A DNA stretch of 64,000 bases from Bacteroidota bacterium (GCA_041164065.1 JBEAQE010000003.1:170912-234911); one strand, 5' to 3'. Counted from the first letter of the stretch, positions 10,044-19,847 are shown. Numbers and translations: made by a program. The notes: a model not told the origin generated them from the letters alone.

Positions 10044-10044
10044 G

Positions 10045-12279
10045 TTAGAAGTCCACGTGGGCTTTGAGATTGATTAATCGATTCGTCATGTAGTTGGGTA
10101 CTGCATATTGACCCGCACTACTGATGTCCTTGATCCAAAGATAACTAATGGTATTGCGCGCTTGCAATAGGTTGAAGACCTCTGCACTGATCCATACATC
10201 GTCAAACCTTTCTGTCCATTTGCCCTTTAGCACCTTGATGAAGCCAATATCGGCACGGCGGTAGGGAGGGGCTCGGAAGATGCGCTCTTCGGGACTGGAA
10301 ATTACGTTGCCGATACCGTCTGGACCGAAGGGAAAGCCGCCTCCCAGCATCAGGGTGAGTGACATGCGCGTTGAGGGGTCTCCTGGGAGGTAGTCTTGAA
10401 AGTAGACGGAAAAGTTGAATCGGGTATCTGTGGGACGCGCATACCAATTCACGCTTGAAATTTGGCGTTCCTGAGCGCGGAATAGGCTGAAGGTGAACCA
10501 GCTGTCCGTGCCTTTTACAAATTCGCCATTGATGCGGGAGTCGATACCATAGATTCGAGCAACGGCGGCGTTATTTGCTTGGTAGCGGATACGCACGTTT
10601 TCAACATCGTAGAGATTGACGCGTTGTAGCCCCTTGTAATACGTCTCCAAAGACCATACAAACGGGCGGTTCCAAAGCTGGAAGTCTTTGTCCTGGCGGG
10701 CTACGAGGTGAAGGGCCTGTTGGCTCTTGGTGTTGGTGGCCAATGTGCCATCAGGCCTGCGCATTTCCCGGTAGAAGGGGTATTGATCATAGAGGCCCAC
10801 TGCCATTGACCATTTGTAGGCTTCGAGGGTACCGCCTTCCGGTGTAAAATGGAATTGGGCACGAGGGCTAATCCGGATTTCTCCGGTCAATTCTGCCCAT
10901 TGCATTCGGGCACCAATGTTGTAGCGCCACATGCCCTTGTCCGTCGGAATTTGGCCTTTGGCATTGATCCAAGCTTTTGCGCGGCTATTAAGGAGTAGTT
11001 GGGTCGCACTTGTGTGGCTATAGAGTTCGAGACCCTCAGCGGCGGTGGTATAAAGTCTTCCGTCTATTACGCTGTCTATGGTACTTCCTGTGTAGGGGAT
11101 GCTATATCCAGCGCTGTCGATGCGTTCCCATTCTTTATAGCGGTCATAGATGTTTTCGAATTGGTACAAGGCTCCGAAGGTGATTTGAACGTTGGTGCGA
11201 TCCAGGAGCTCTTCGTATTTGAGGTTGCCAATGTAGGCGTCAAGAAAGTTTCTGCGGTAGTCCTGGAATGCGCCTACGCCTCGGACCAGTGAGATCTCAC
11301 CGAAATCATCTGAGCCCAGGTCGTTATTGAGCTCGTTGAGACGGTAGTATCCTATTATGTCGGTTATTTCAACCTCTGTGGTGTGGAAGCCAGTGGCACT
11401 TAAGGTCCGAATTCCTCCGCCGAACCGGTCGGTGATTTGGCTGTACTTAGCGGCGAGGAATTGGGTGTCGTAACCGAACTTTTCCTGGCCGTCGAAAAAG
11501 ACGTTAAGGCGCAGAGCTTCTTGAAGGGATCCGAAGTTGGTTTGTCTGTTTTGTGGGATTTGGTTCATGCGGTTGTGGGCCACATGTGCGAGAATTTCGA
11601 TTCGTGCCCGACCAACTTCGTTGGGAGCGCTAAACAGGTTTTTACTAAGCAGTAACTGACCATCGGCATTTACGGGGAAATAGTCACTTTCAGTATCGGT
11701 GGCGTTGAGGAGAAGCGCGTTGTTGCGGTAGCGTAGGCCGGAGGCTATGGTCCAGCCCTTGGAATTGGTCACATTCGCCCAGCTCAATCCAGTGAGTGAG
11801 GTTTCTACGATGTAGTCTCGGAAATCTGAATTTCTAGGGAAATCGTATCGTACATCGAGTACAGAGCTCAATTTGTCGCCGTAAGTAGCGTCAAAGCCAC
11901 CCGCACTGAAGTTTATACGGCCTACAAGATGTGGGTGTATGATGCTCATCCCTTCCTGTTGACCCGCGCGAGCAAGGAATGGCCTGAAGACTTCGAAACC
12001 GTTTATGTAGACTAGATTTTCGTCGAAATTTCCTCCGCGAACATTGTACTGGGAGCTCAATTCGTTGCGTGAGCTGACTCCTGCAAAGGTTTTCACCACG
12101 CCTTCAACGCTGCCTTCGGCTCCGGCGGTGAAGCGAATGTCTTTCCCAAGAACTTTGGTGCCCTGTTCTTCTGGACGTTCCGAGCGCACTTCCACCTCAT
12201 TCAACAGGGTGGTGTCGATGATTTGTGCGTTGGCGCCGAGGCCCGCCGCAAAAAGTGCTATGAACAGGAGTCGTTTCAA
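10045..12279 (-). CDS. TonB-dependent receptor-like outer-membrane protein (plug plus beta-barrel)
   Basis: 744 aa. It has a signal peptide (MKRLLFIALFAAGLGANAQ) and plug-domain motifs (VRGGNFDENLVYINGFEV, GGFDATYGDKLSSVLDV). The C-terminus is aromatic and ends in ...LKAHVDF. Confidence 0.85.
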   Translation of the reverse strand: MKRLLFIALFAAGLGANAQIIDTTLLNEVEVRSERPEEQGTKVLGKDIRFTAGAEGSVEGVVKTFAGVSSRNELSSQYNVRGGNFDENLVYINGFEVFRPFLARAGQQEGMSIIHPHLVGRINFSAGGFDATYGDKLSSVLDVRYDFPRNSDFRDYIVETSLTGLSWANVTNSKGWTIASGLRYRNNALLLNATDTESDYFPVNADGQLLLSKNLFSAPNEVGRARIEILAHVAHNRMNQIPQNRQTNFGSLQEALRLNVFFDGQEKFGYDTQFLAAKYSQITDRFGGGIRTLSATGFHTTEVEITDIIGYYRLNELNNDLGSDDFGEISLVRGVGAFQDYRRNFLDAYIGNLKYEELLDRTNVQITFGALYQFENIYDRYKEWERIDSAGYSIPYTGSTIDSVIDGRLYTTAAEGLELYSHTSATQLLLNSRAKAWINAKGQIPTDKGMWRYNIGARMQWAELTGEIRISPRAQFHFTPEGGTLEAYKWSMAVGLYDQYPFYREMRRPDGTLATNTKSQQALHLVARQDKDFQLWNRPFVWSLETYYKGLQRVNLYDVENVRIRYQANNAAVARIYGIDSRINGEFVKGTDSWFTFSLFRAQERQISSVNWYARPTDTRFNFSVYFQDYLPGDPSTRMSLTLMLGGGFPFGPDGIGNVISSPEERIFRAPPYRRADIGFIKVLKGKWTERFDDVWISAEVFNLLQARNTISYLWIKDISSAGQYAVPNYMTNRLINLKAHVDF

Positions 12280-12283
12280 GCGA

Positions 12284-12919
12284 TTATCGCTTCAGACTTT
12301 GGAACAATTCGGTCCAAGCAAAGGGATTGGATAATGCACCGAGGATGGCAGAAGCACCGCTGCCTCCATAGTATCTACCCTGGTTGTACAGCTGCTGATT
12401 CTGCATGTTGATGAGATGATCTTGCATCTCAGCTGCGTCATAGCCCATGGCTCGCGCACGTTCCTTTAGCTCTTCCATTGCAAGGTTGCGCTGAGCGATG
12501 TCCAATTCCGTGGTTTCAATGCGCATGGCCAGGAATTCTTCCTTAAAGTTTTCTCTAGAAGGCCAAGGATACACAATCACTGGATCCAATAACTCCGTGT
12601 CCCACTCTAAAATGATTCTCGCGAGGAAGGCTTCTCCATTCAGGGTGTCCGGTACCCAGAACTTCTGAAGTTTAAACCCAATATGTTGGAAAAGAACAGT
12701 GTCCCCAGGCATGGCCACGAGGGAAAAGAACCCATCATTGTTACTCACCGTCATTTGCCCACGGCTGCGCACGAGAATTTGAACATTCGGCAGCAGTTGG
12801 ATTAAGCTGTCGTTACTCACCACTACGCCGTGAAGTTGCACTGGTTTTACAGCCTGTGCGGCGGATTGGGAGCTCCACGCAAGAGCGCATGTCAGTATAA
12901 AAAGGCGTAGAAGTTTCAT
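12284..12919 (-). CDS. carboxypeptidase-regulatory-like domain protein (secreted)
   Basis: It has a signal peptide and a CarboxypepD_reg-like stretch (LHGVVVSNDS...NVQILVRSRGQMTVSNNDGFFSLVAMPGDTVLFQHIGF). The ATG at 12919 shares one base with the TGA of the upstream M23 gene (TGATG). The ORF track begins one codon earlier, at a TTG (12922). Confidence 0.75.
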   Translation of the reverse strand: MKLLRLFILTCALAWSSQSAAQAVKPVQLHGVVVSNDSLIQLLPNVQILVRSRGQMTVSNNDGFFSLVAMPGDTVLFQHIGFKLQKFWVPDTLNGEAFLARIILEWDTELLDPVIVYPWPSRENFKEEFLAMRIETTELDIAQRNLAMEELKERARAMGYDAAEMQDHLINMQNQQLYNQGRYYGGSGASAILGALSNPFAWTELFQSLKR

Positions 12920-14562
12920 CAAAGCGTAACAGTAAATGTTTCGGTAGCGGTATTGCCCACTCCGTCTATGGCTACAATGCGCAAATTATGGCTTCCGGGC
13001 TCAATATCCTCGGGAATAACAACTTTTAACAGATTTCGTTTGTAGTCGAAATCAATACGAGCAAAGGCCTCATCGATTCGAGCGCTGTAGCGTTCAATTC
13101 CCGTTTTGTCGTCTTCGACATGAATGCGGTATTCGCGGTACGTACTGCCAGAACGCAACATTGGGGTGCTTTGGACCAATCGCAGCACTGGTTTTTTCAG
13201 GTCCTGATCGAGGTAGTAGGTTCCTGTACTGCGAGTGCTCAATACAAGCACATTGCCCTCACGTTTACCCGTAATGGCGTCTTTATTTCCATTTCGGCCC
13301 AATTCCCACGCAAACCAGCCCTCGTGTGCCGCCCTAGCGCTATCCAGTTGCCAGCTTAGTTCCATATGCTTTTGGAGCGGAACAACCCCCTGGCCGATTA
13401 CATATTCTGCATCGCGTAGTTCAAAGGTTTTGAATTCGGTATCTCTGTACAAGGCTCCAGCTGGAATAGAAACTTGTATCGGTCCGACACTGAGTACATT
13501 ATCAACGTCCCATTGAAGTATATTCAAGTCATTCGACGGCTTGTCTTCCACCGCTGTTCCTTTGAGGTAAAAGTGAACCGTACTTTCATTGCCAGCAAAG
13601 TCTTCTATGCTGATGTCGACTTTAGCAATGCTGTCCTTGTTCATCGTAATCCAGCCATTAGAGGCTCTGTAACCACTTTCTAATACTTCCGGTGTTTGAC
13701 AGAGCTGCAGTTCATTGTTCTCTAACGTATACAGACGTGTATATCGAACGCCTTGGTGGTAGTATCGCTCGAAATTCATGTGTGCGTTGATGTAGCGAGT
13801 GGTATTGAAGTTGATTCGGTCATAGAGTGCGCTAAAGAACTCTATTCCATTTATTTGAGCTTTCAACTTATAAACGCCATTGTTATTATTTGCTCCGTTC
13901 TGTTTGTCCGTGGTAAAGACATCGAATCCACGCGTGCCCGACATTTCAATGGTATCTCCTGACGAAAAAGTTCCATGGTCTTGGAAATCCGCATCGGTCC
14001 ACATCAAACCCCGTACATCTGGTCGTCGTGTGTCCTCTACCTTGAAACCGAAGGACAACGGATTGAGCGGTTCCTCTGTTCGAGTGTCGCGTATTTCGAA
14101 ATGAAGGTGTGGTCCCATTGAGCCGCCTGTGTTACCAGAGAATGCGATGAATTCGCCTTTTTCGACAGGGAAAAGGTTTGCATCCGGGTAGAGGTTACCG
14201 TCGTTTTTACCGCGGTCGCGCAATGTTTGTTCTACCCACTGTTCAATCGCTGGTGCAAACGTCATCAAGTGGCCATATACGGAGGTGTATCCCTCCGGGT
14301 GACGGACATAAAGTGCATTTCCATAACCGTAAGGGCTTATCGAAATTCTACTGATGTACCCATCGCTTATTGATTTGACTTTCAGACCACTTCGCCCTTG
14401 TGTCTTGATGTCAATTCCACCATGAAAGTGGTTTGATCGAAGTTCGGCAAAAGTCCCGCTCAGCACCAAGGGGATGTCCAAAGGAGCCTCTGGTTCAAAT
14501 GATTGTGCTGGCGAAACAAAATTGGTTAGAAAAAAACCTAGAACTACTACGTATTTGTGCAT
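12919..14562 (-). CDS. M23 family metallopeptidase with large C-terminal beta-rich extension
   Basis: 547 aa. The M23 zinc motifs are HFHGGIDI and GNTGGSMGPHLHFEI. It has an N-terminal signal peptide. Confidence 0.88.
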   Translation of the reverse strand: MHKYVVVLGFFLTNFVSPAQSFEPEAPLDIPLVLSGTFAELRSNHFHGGIDIKTQGRSGLKVKSISDGYISRISISPYGYGNALYVRHPEGYTSVYGHLMTFAPAIEQWVEQTLRDRGKNDGNLYPDANLFPVEKGEFIAFSGNTGGSMGPHLHFEIRDTRTEEPLNPLSFGFKVEDTRRPDVRGLMWTDADFQDHGTFSSGDTIEMSGTRGFDVFTTDKQNGANNNNGVYKLKAQINGIEFFSALYDRINFNTTRYINAHMNFERYYHQGVRYTRLYTLENNELQLCQTPEVLESGYRASNGWITMNKDSIAKVDISIEDFAGNESTVHFYLKGTAVEDKPSNDLNILQWDVDNVLSVGPIQVSIPAGALYRDTEFKTFELRDAEYVIGQGVVPLQKHMELSWQLDSARAAHEGWFAWELGRNGNKDAITGKREGNVLVLSTRSTGTYYLDQDLKKPVLRLVQSTPMLRSGSTYREYRIHVEDDKTGIERYSARIDEAFARIDFDYKRNLLKVVIPEDIEPGSHNLRIVAIDGVGNTATETFTVTL

Positions 14563-14582
14563 AGTGCGAAACTAAACAATTG

Positions 14583-14590
14583 TATATTTG
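14583..14590 (+). promoter_or_regulatory. -7 promoter box TATATTTG for the coiled-coil/zapA operon
   Basis: Perfect TAnnTTTG 16 nt upstream of the ATG at 14607. It lies inside the TTG-initiated extension reported by the ORF track. Confidence 0.5.
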
Positions 14591-14606
14591 GTGGAAACTG
14601 AAACCT

Positions 14607-14903
14607 ATGACTCCTGAATTTTCTGAATCATTGGATCGCATCCTGACGAAGGCCTCAAAGGTACTTCAACAGAACGCTGCTTTGGTAAAGAAAATTGCTG
14701 AGTTGGAAGAGCAGGTGGACCATTTGCAGTTGTCCCTAGAGGCAATGCAGGCGGAGCACGCTGATCTGGAGGTACAGTTGCAACAACGCAATCTCGCCAT
14801 AAACGTTCAAAGTGGTTCGCCCGCAAAGGACACTTACAGCGAAGAAAAGATTGCCGAGTTGGTGCGGGAGATTGACCGCTGCATGAAATTGTTAAGTGCC
14901 TGA
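14607..14903 (+). CDS. coiled-coil protein upstream of zapA (ZapB-like in architecture only)
   Basis: 98 aa counted from the ATG at 14607. It shows heptad-like Leu/Glu/Gln repeats (KIAELEEQVDHLQLSLEAMQAEHADLEVQLQQ). Confidence 0.65.
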   Translation: MTPEFSESLDRILTKASKVLQQNAALVKKIAELEEQVDHLQLSLEAMQAEHADLEVQLQQRNLAINVQSGSPAKDTYSEEKIAELVREIDRCMKLLSA

Positions 14904-14908
14904 TATCC

Positions 14909-15205
14909 GTGAGTGAGGATACGTTAAAAATAAAAGTAACTATAGCGAATCGCAGCTATCCACTGACTATAAATAAGTCAGAGGAGGAACAGATTCGCGC
15001 TGCTGCAAAAACCATCAATGATGCTGTTGCACGTTTTGAAAGCCGTTATGCTGTTCAAGATAAGCAGGATGTATTGAGTATGGTGGCGTTGCAGCTCGCC
15101 TCGAAGGCGGAATTGGCCCTGAAACAATCGAGTGACGTTCAATCCCAAGTCAGCGACGTGCTGGCTAAAGTAGAGGCTGCTTTGGATGCAGCTCTACCGG
15201 AGTGA
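14909..15205 (+). CDS. zapA: cell division protein ZapA
   Basis: 98 aa with a GTG start. The ZapA-like N-terminal beta region (IKVTIANRSYPLTINKSEEEQIRAAAKTIND) is followed by a helix. Confidence 0.75.
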   Translation: MSEDTLKIKVTIANRSYPLTINKSEEEQIRAAAKTINDAVARFESRYAVQDKQDVLSMVALQLASKAELALKQSSDVQSQVSDVLAKVEAALDAALPE

Positions 15206-15216
15206 TTTAAGATACG

Positions 15217-15405
15217 CCCGCATCTGCTATTTTTTGTGCTAAACTCAACGAGCACGTTGTAGTGAATCTAGCTCGCCTTGTCACGAGCAGGCCGCACCTC
15301 TTCGGAGGGACTTTTTTGTCCAGCGGAAGGTCAAGACTAGGTGGTAGATTCAAATCCTGATATTTAGGAGTTTAGACAACATGCCTAGCAGGTGTGGGTT
15401 TTTTT
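15217..15405 (+). ncRNA. candidate 6S-like RNA (rod-shaped structured RNA with its own U-tract)
   Basis: Three nested long-range helices. The first is CCCGCATCTGCTA (15217-15229) with TAGCAGGTGTGGG (15386-15398), 13 bp including 2 G-U pairs. The second is CTAAACTC (15239-15246) with GAGTTTAG (15368-15375). The third is GAATCTA (15264-15270) with TAGATTC (15345-15351). The second and third enclose a 17/16-nt internal loop. There is an apical CCUC-UUCG-GAGG hairpin and U7 at 15399-15405. The element sits in the 223-nt zapA-rny spacer. Confidence 0.55.
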
Positions 15406-15428
15406 AACCGTTTTAACCCTACAGTGGT

Positions 15429-16964
15429 ATGACAATGATCATCATTGCAGCGATTGTAGGCCTCGCGGTTGGATTGGGCGGAGGATTTGTCCTTTGGCAA
15501 AATGCGTTGAAAAAACGCAGTGCGCTCATCCTTTCAGAGGCTACAAAAGAGGCAGAACAAATTAAAAAAGACCGAATCCTTGAAGCCAAGGAGAAGTTTT
15601 TGAACTTGAAAGAAGAACACGAGCGCGCAGTTACTAAGCGCGATCAAAAATTGGCGGAGCGTCAGAATTCATTCCGTGAAAAGGACGAGCGATTAAAGCA
15701 GAGTATTCAGGAGTTCAAAAAGCAGGAGAATGCTTTGGAGCGCGAAAAAGAAACACTCGCAAAAAAGCGTGAAGCCTTAGAAGTGAAGACACGCGAAGTG
15801 GAAAAACTACGTGCGAAGCAGATTGCTGAACTCGAGAGTATTAGCGGCTTAACAGAAGAGGAGGCACGTGCACAAATGGTACAGGCTTTGAAGGACAAAG
15901 CTAAACTCGATGCACAGGCCTACGTTCAGACCACCTTGGAGGAAGCAAAACTTCAGGCGTCCCAGGAGGCGAAGAAAGTGGTTATTCAAACCATTCAGCG
16001 TACGGCTACGGAAAATGCCATTGAAAACTCAGTGAGCGTATTTAATATCGAAAACGACGATATTAAAGGAAAGATTATCGGTCGTGAAGGCCGTAATATT
16101 CGAGCTATCGAGGCGGCTACGGGAGTGGAGATTATCGTTGATGATACTCCAGAAGCTATTCTCTTGAGTTGTTTCGATCCAGTGCGTCGGGAGATCGCTC
16201 GATTGAGTATGCATAAATTGGTCAGTGATGGACGTATCCACCCGGCTCGTGTAGAGGAGGTTGTGGCTAAGACTCGTCGTCAGATCGAAGAAGAGATTGT
16301 ACAGATTGGTAAGCGAACCGTTATAGATTTAGGGATTCATGGATTGCATCCGGAGTTGATTAAGACGGTTGGGCGCATGAAGTACCGTAGTTCATATGGA
16401 CAGAACTTGCTTCAACACAGCCGTGAGGTGGCAAATTTGAGTGCTATTATGGCTTCGGAATTGGGCCTTAACCCAAAACTAGCGAAGCGTGCGGGGCTAT
16501 TGCATGATATAGGGAAAGTGCCTCACGAGGAGACCGATTTGCCACACGCGATTTTAGGGATGCAATGGGCAGAGAAATACGGTGAAAAGCCGGAGGTATG
16601 TAATGCCATTGGCGCGCACCACGATGAAATTGAAATGACCAGTTTACTCTCCCCAATCATCCAGGTTTGTGATGCTATTTCGGGAGCTCGTCCTGGAGCA
16701 CGTCGTCAAGTGGCAGAGAGCTACATCCAGCGCTTGAAAGACCTCGAAAACCTTGCTTATGACTTTGATGGTGTGACCAAGGCATATGCTATTCAAGCGG
16801 GTCGCGAACTCCGCGTGATGGTAGAGAGCGATAAAGTGAGTGATGCTATGGCTGCTCAAATCTCTTATGATATCTCTCAGAAAATTCAAACAGAGATGAC
16901 CTATCCTGGTCAGGTTAAAGTTACAGTGATCCGCGAAATGCGCGCGGTGAATGTGGCAAAATAG
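15429..16964 (+). CDS. rny: ribonuclease Y
   Basis: 511 aa. It has an N-terminal TM helix, a long Lys/Glu coiled coil, a KH domain ([15 protein letters not shown]) and an HD domain (LLHDIGK). Confidence 0.95.
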   Translation: MTMIIIAAIVGLAVGLGGGFVLWQNALKKRSALILSEATKEAEQIKKDRILEAKEKFLNLKEEHERAVTKRDQKLAERQNSFREKDERLKQSIQEFKKQENALEREKETLAKKREALEVKTREVEKLRAKQIAELESISGLTEEEARAQMVQALKDKAKLDAQAYVQTTLEEAKLQASQEAKKVVIQTIQRTATENAIENSVSVFNIENDDIKGKIIGREGRNIRAIEAATGVEIIVDDTPEAILLSCFDPVRREIARLSMHKLVSDGRIHPARVEEVVAKTRRQIEEEIVQIGKRTVIDLGIHGLHPELIKTVGRMKYRSSYGQNLLQHSREVANLSAIMASELGLNPKLAKRAGLLHDIGKVPHEETDLPHAILGMQWAEKYGEKPEVCNAIGAHHDEIEMTSLLSPIIQVCDAISGARPGARRQVAESYIQRLKDLENLAYDFDGVTKAYAIQAGRELRVMVESDKVSDAMAAQISYDISQKIQTEMTYPGQVKVTVIREMRAVNVAK

Positions 16965-16987
16965 CAGTGAACAAGTGTAAAGATGAA

Positions 16988-17018
16988 AAGGCGCTCCCAT
17001 GATGGGGGCGCTTTTTTT
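16988..17018. terminator. bidirectional intrinsic terminator between rny and the nucleoside phosphorylase gene
   Basis: A roughly 10-bp stem (AGGCGCTCCC / GGGGGCGCTT, with G-U pairs) flanked by AAA upstream and TTTTTTT downstream. The two genes converge on it. Confidence 0.7.
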
Positions 17019-17036
17019 ATGGACGGAATGCGGGGA

Positions 17037-17861
17037 TTAAATGGCCCAATCCAGGACTGACTCAATCAAGCTATCAATAGCTTCGCCAGGTTTGTCGTGA
17101 AAAGTGCCCTGGGCGCGATTGGCCAGCAAAGCGGAAAAACTATAGGCTTCGTGTCCCAAAAGGCTCGCCATAGCGTAGATGCCTGCTGTTTCCATTTCAA
17201 AATTAGTCACATTTAGTCCCCCGATTTCCAGCAAATGCAGGCGGTCCATGGCAGTTTTAAAGGTGGTTTGCGTTCTGATGGAACGGCCCTGGGGTGCATA
17301 GAAACCGGGAAGGGTGGCCGTAATCCCCTGAGTGAAGGCATCTGTATTCATTTTGCCCGGCGAGGGAATGTAAAAAGGGTTCAGTGGAGACTGCTCCAAA
17401 GCAATCTGCTCAAAGTCGTGCTGGTAGAAGGGTAAAAGTCCATCGAAGCTCAAAGCCGCTGCACTGTAAAGGTGGGTGCCCAGAGGTATGTCGGGGTCGA
17501 TGGCCCCTGAGGTGCCAATTCTGATTATCCGAAGTTTTCGGAAATCTTTCCGATCCTCGCGAGTAAGGGGGTCGATATTGACCGCCGCATCGAGTTCATT
17601 AATGACGATATCAATATTATCCGTACCCATGCCCGTGGACATCACAAGGACTTCTTGTCCCCGCAAGTGCCCCTTAGTAATGGTAAACTCACGACGATGT
17701 TTGGTCCAAGCGATACTGTCAAAGTGATCACTTACGCTTGAAACTCGATCGGGATCCCCAACTGTAAAAATGGTTGTCGGAATATCTTCATATCTAAGTC
17801 CTAGATGGTATACGGTACTGTCTGGATTTAGAATAAGCTCTGAAGGGGCATATGCTGGCAT
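17037..17861 (-). CDS. nucleoside phosphorylase (PNP/UDP-1 family)
   Basis: 274 aa with the family motifs MSTGMGTDNIDIVINEL, IRIGTSGA and NFEMETAG. Confidence 0.85.
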   Translation of the reverse strand: MPAYAPSELILNPDSTVYHLGLRYEDIPTTIFTVGDPDRVSSVSDHFDSIAWTKHRREFTITKGHLRGQEVLVMSTGMGTDNIDIVINELDAAVNIDPLTREDRKDFRKLRIIRIGTSGAIDPDIPLGTHLYSAAALSFDGLLPFYQHDFEQIALEQSPLNPFYIPSPGKMNTDAFTQGITATLPGFYAPQGRSIRTQTTFKTAMDRLHLLEIGGLNVTNFEMETAGIYAMASLLGHEAYSFSALLANRAQGTFHDKPGEAIDSLIESVLDWAI

Positions 17862-17900
17862 TGGTCCTTATCTTTAGGTCCTCAAAAGTACAGTCTTAAG

Positions 17901-19148
17901 GTGAAAGCAGAAATTATTACCATAGGGGATGAAATATTAATCGGTCAAATAGTCGATACCAACAGCGCTTGGCTCGGGACGACCTTAAACGATGAAGGAA
18001 TAGAGGTTCAACGAATTTCTAGTGTGTCCGATACGCCGGAGGCTATAGTTGGTGCATTGGATCAATTGTATGATAATACAGAGCTGGTCATCATAACTGG
18101 TGGCTTAGGCCCCACAAAGGATGATTTGACGAAGCAGACCTTAGCTGCGTACTTTAATAGCGAATTAGTCTATAAAGAAGAGGTTTGGGACCATATCAAA
18201 GCTTTATTTGCTGGGTTTGGCCGCGAGCCCGTAGAGCGCAATAAACTTCAGGCTATGGTTCCTGATTCCTGCGAAGTGCTGTTCAATCGTCATGGTACAG
18301 CGCCCGGTATGCTGTTTCGAGCAGGGAAACGTAAAATAGTAAGTTTACCAGGGGTACCTTATGAAATGAAAGCTTTGGTTAGTGATGAGTTATTGCCAAT
18401 TCTGCGTGATGAGGTTGATTTTCAAATCCTTCACCACACCATGTTCGTGGTCGGTATTCCCGAAAGTGTCATGGCAGATTTGATTGAGCCAGTTGATCAT
18501 CAATTCGCTCCGTCCATAAAATTAGCCTACCTGCCCAAACCGGGATTGGTGCGATTGCGACTGACTGCAAGAGGTAAAAAATCGGACAACCTGCGTAACG
18601 ATATTAATGCGGCCATTACGATTTTGAAAGGTGTACTGGGGGATGACCTGAAAGACGGTTCCAACAAACCTATCGAGGAGTATGTGGGCGAGCTACTATT
18701 GTCCAAGGGCTTGACCGTTGGGACGGCTGAAAGCTGTACCGGAGGTGGTATTGGGGCGACATTAGTCAGTGTGCCGGGGTCCAGCCGTTATTTTGAAGGG
18801 AGCGTGGTGGCCTATTCTTACGATGTTAAAGAAACAGAATTGGGCGTAGATCACGACGTTATTGTGAGTAAAGGAGCCGTTAGCGAGGAAGTTGTACGTC
18901 AAATGGCCTTCGGTGCTCGGGTTAAACTGAAAGTTGATTTTGCGGTGGCAGTGAGCGGTATTGCAGGACCAGACGGAGGTACACCCGATAAACCTGTAGG
19001 TACCAGCTGGATTGCAGTGGCTGGCCCTGAGGGAGTTGTGGCTAAAAAATTCATCTTTGGTAAAAACCGAGAACGTAATATTCAAAAGACTATTTTTGCT
19101 GCGCTGAACATGTTAGTAAAAGAAGTTGAAGATTATCCTGTAGGATAG
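17901..19148 (+). CDS. cinA: CinA family protein (MoCF-binding domain plus nicotinamide-nucleotide amidohydrolase PncC domain)
   Basis: 415 aa with a GTG start. The N-terminus is ITIGDEILIGQIVDTNSAWL with GGLGPTKDD. The C-terminal part has the CinA motif TAESCTGG. Confidence 0.9.
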   Translation: MKAEIITIGDEILIGQIVDTNSAWLGTTLNDEGIEVQRISSVSDTPEAIVGALDQLYDNTELVIITGGLGPTKDDLTKQTLAAYFNSELVYKEEVWDHIKALFAGFGREPVERNKLQAMVPDSCEVLFNRHGTAPGMLFRAGKRKIVSLPGVPYEMKALVSDELLPILRDEVDFQILHHTMFVVGIPESVMADLIEPVDHQFAPSIKLAYLPKPGLVRLRLTARGKKSDNLRNDINAAITILKGVLGDDLKDGSNKPIEEYVGELLLSKGLTVGTAESCTGGGIGATLVSVPGSSRYFEGSVVAYSYDVKETELGVDHDVIVSKGAVSEEVVRQMAFGARVKLKVDFAVAVSGIAGPDGGTPDKPVGTSWIAVAGPEGVVAKKFIFGKNRERNIQKTIFAALNMLVKEVEDYPVG

Positions 19149-19171
19149 TTGGTCAGTAACGATAAATGTTC

Positions 19172-19179
19172 TAGTTTTG
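19172..19179 (+). promoter_or_regulatory. -7 promoter box TAGTTTTG for rpmB-rpmG-DUF4295
   Basis: Perfect TAnnTTTG 38 nt upstream of the rpmB ATG. Confidence 0.5.
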
Positions 19180-19217
19180 CAAACCATTTTGGTACAACCA
19201 AGAAAACAATATAGATT

Positions 19218-19457
19218 ATGTCACGTGTTTGTGATTTGACTGGCAAGAAAGCAATGGTAGGAAACAACGTTTCCTTCTCGAACAAGAAGAACAAGCGCAA
19301 GTTCAACGCGAACTTGTTCACGAAGAAGTTCTACATTCCAGAAGAAGACCGTTGGGTAACTTTGAAAATTGCTGCTTCTACGTTGAAGACTATCAATAAA
19401 AAAGGAATCTCTGCCGTTTTGAAAGAAGCGGAACTAAAGGGATACATCGTAAAATAA
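19218..19457 (+). CDS. rpmB: 50S ribosomal protein L28
   Basis: 79 aa beginning [29 protein letters not shown]. Confidence 0.95.
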   Translation: MSRVCDLTGKKAMVGNNVSFSNKKNKRKFNANLFTKKFYIPEEDRWVTLKIAASTLKTINKKGISAVLKEAELKGYIVK

Positions 19458-19465
19458 TTTAGGAC

Positions 19466-19648
19466 ATGGCCAAGAAAGGTAACCGCGTTCAAGTAATCCT
19501 AGAGTGTACAGAGCATAAGGAGTCTGGTATGCCAGGAACATCTCGTTACATTACAACGAAGAACAAGAAAAACACGCCAGATCGTATGGAGTTGAAAAAA
19601 TTCAACCCAATCCTCAAGCGTATGACTGTTCATAAAGAGATTAAGTAA
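19466..19648 (+). CDS. rpmG: 50S ribosomal protein L33
   Basis: 60 aa beginning [18 protein letters not shown]...[21 protein letters not shown]. Confidence 0.95.
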   Translation: MAKKGNRVQVILECTEHKESGMPGTSRYITTKNKKNTPDRMELKKFNPILKRMTVHKEIK

Positions 19649-19649
19649 G

Positions 19650-19796
19650 ATGGCAAAGAAGGTAGTAGCAACCCTTAAAACGGGTGATTCAAAACAATAC
19701 ACCAAGGTTATTAACATGGTGAAAAACGCTAAAGGCTCATACTCTTTCGAGGAGCGCGTTGTGCCAAAAGACCTTGCTAAAGACTTCTTGAAATAA
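19650..19796 (+). CDS. DUF4295-type small protein (48 aa)
   Basis: Below the ORF-track cutoff. The ATG lies 1 nt after the rpmG stop. Translation is MAKKVVATLKTGDSKQYTKVINMVKNAKGSYSFEERVVPKDLAKDFLK*. A mini-gene conserved after L33 in Bacteroidota is something I recall, not something I verified. Confidence 0.75.
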   Translation: MAKKVVATLKTGDSKQYTKVINMVKNAKGSYSFEERVVPKDLAKDFLK

Positions 19797-19821
19797 GATC
19801 CGTCTTTAATTGCGATATTTG

Positions 19822-19847
19822 AACCACTCCACGGAGTGGTTTTTTTA
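19822..19847 (+). terminator. intrinsic terminator after the rpmB operon
   Basis: Stem AACCACTC / GAGTGGTT with loop CACG, followed by TTTTTT. Confidence 0.75.
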
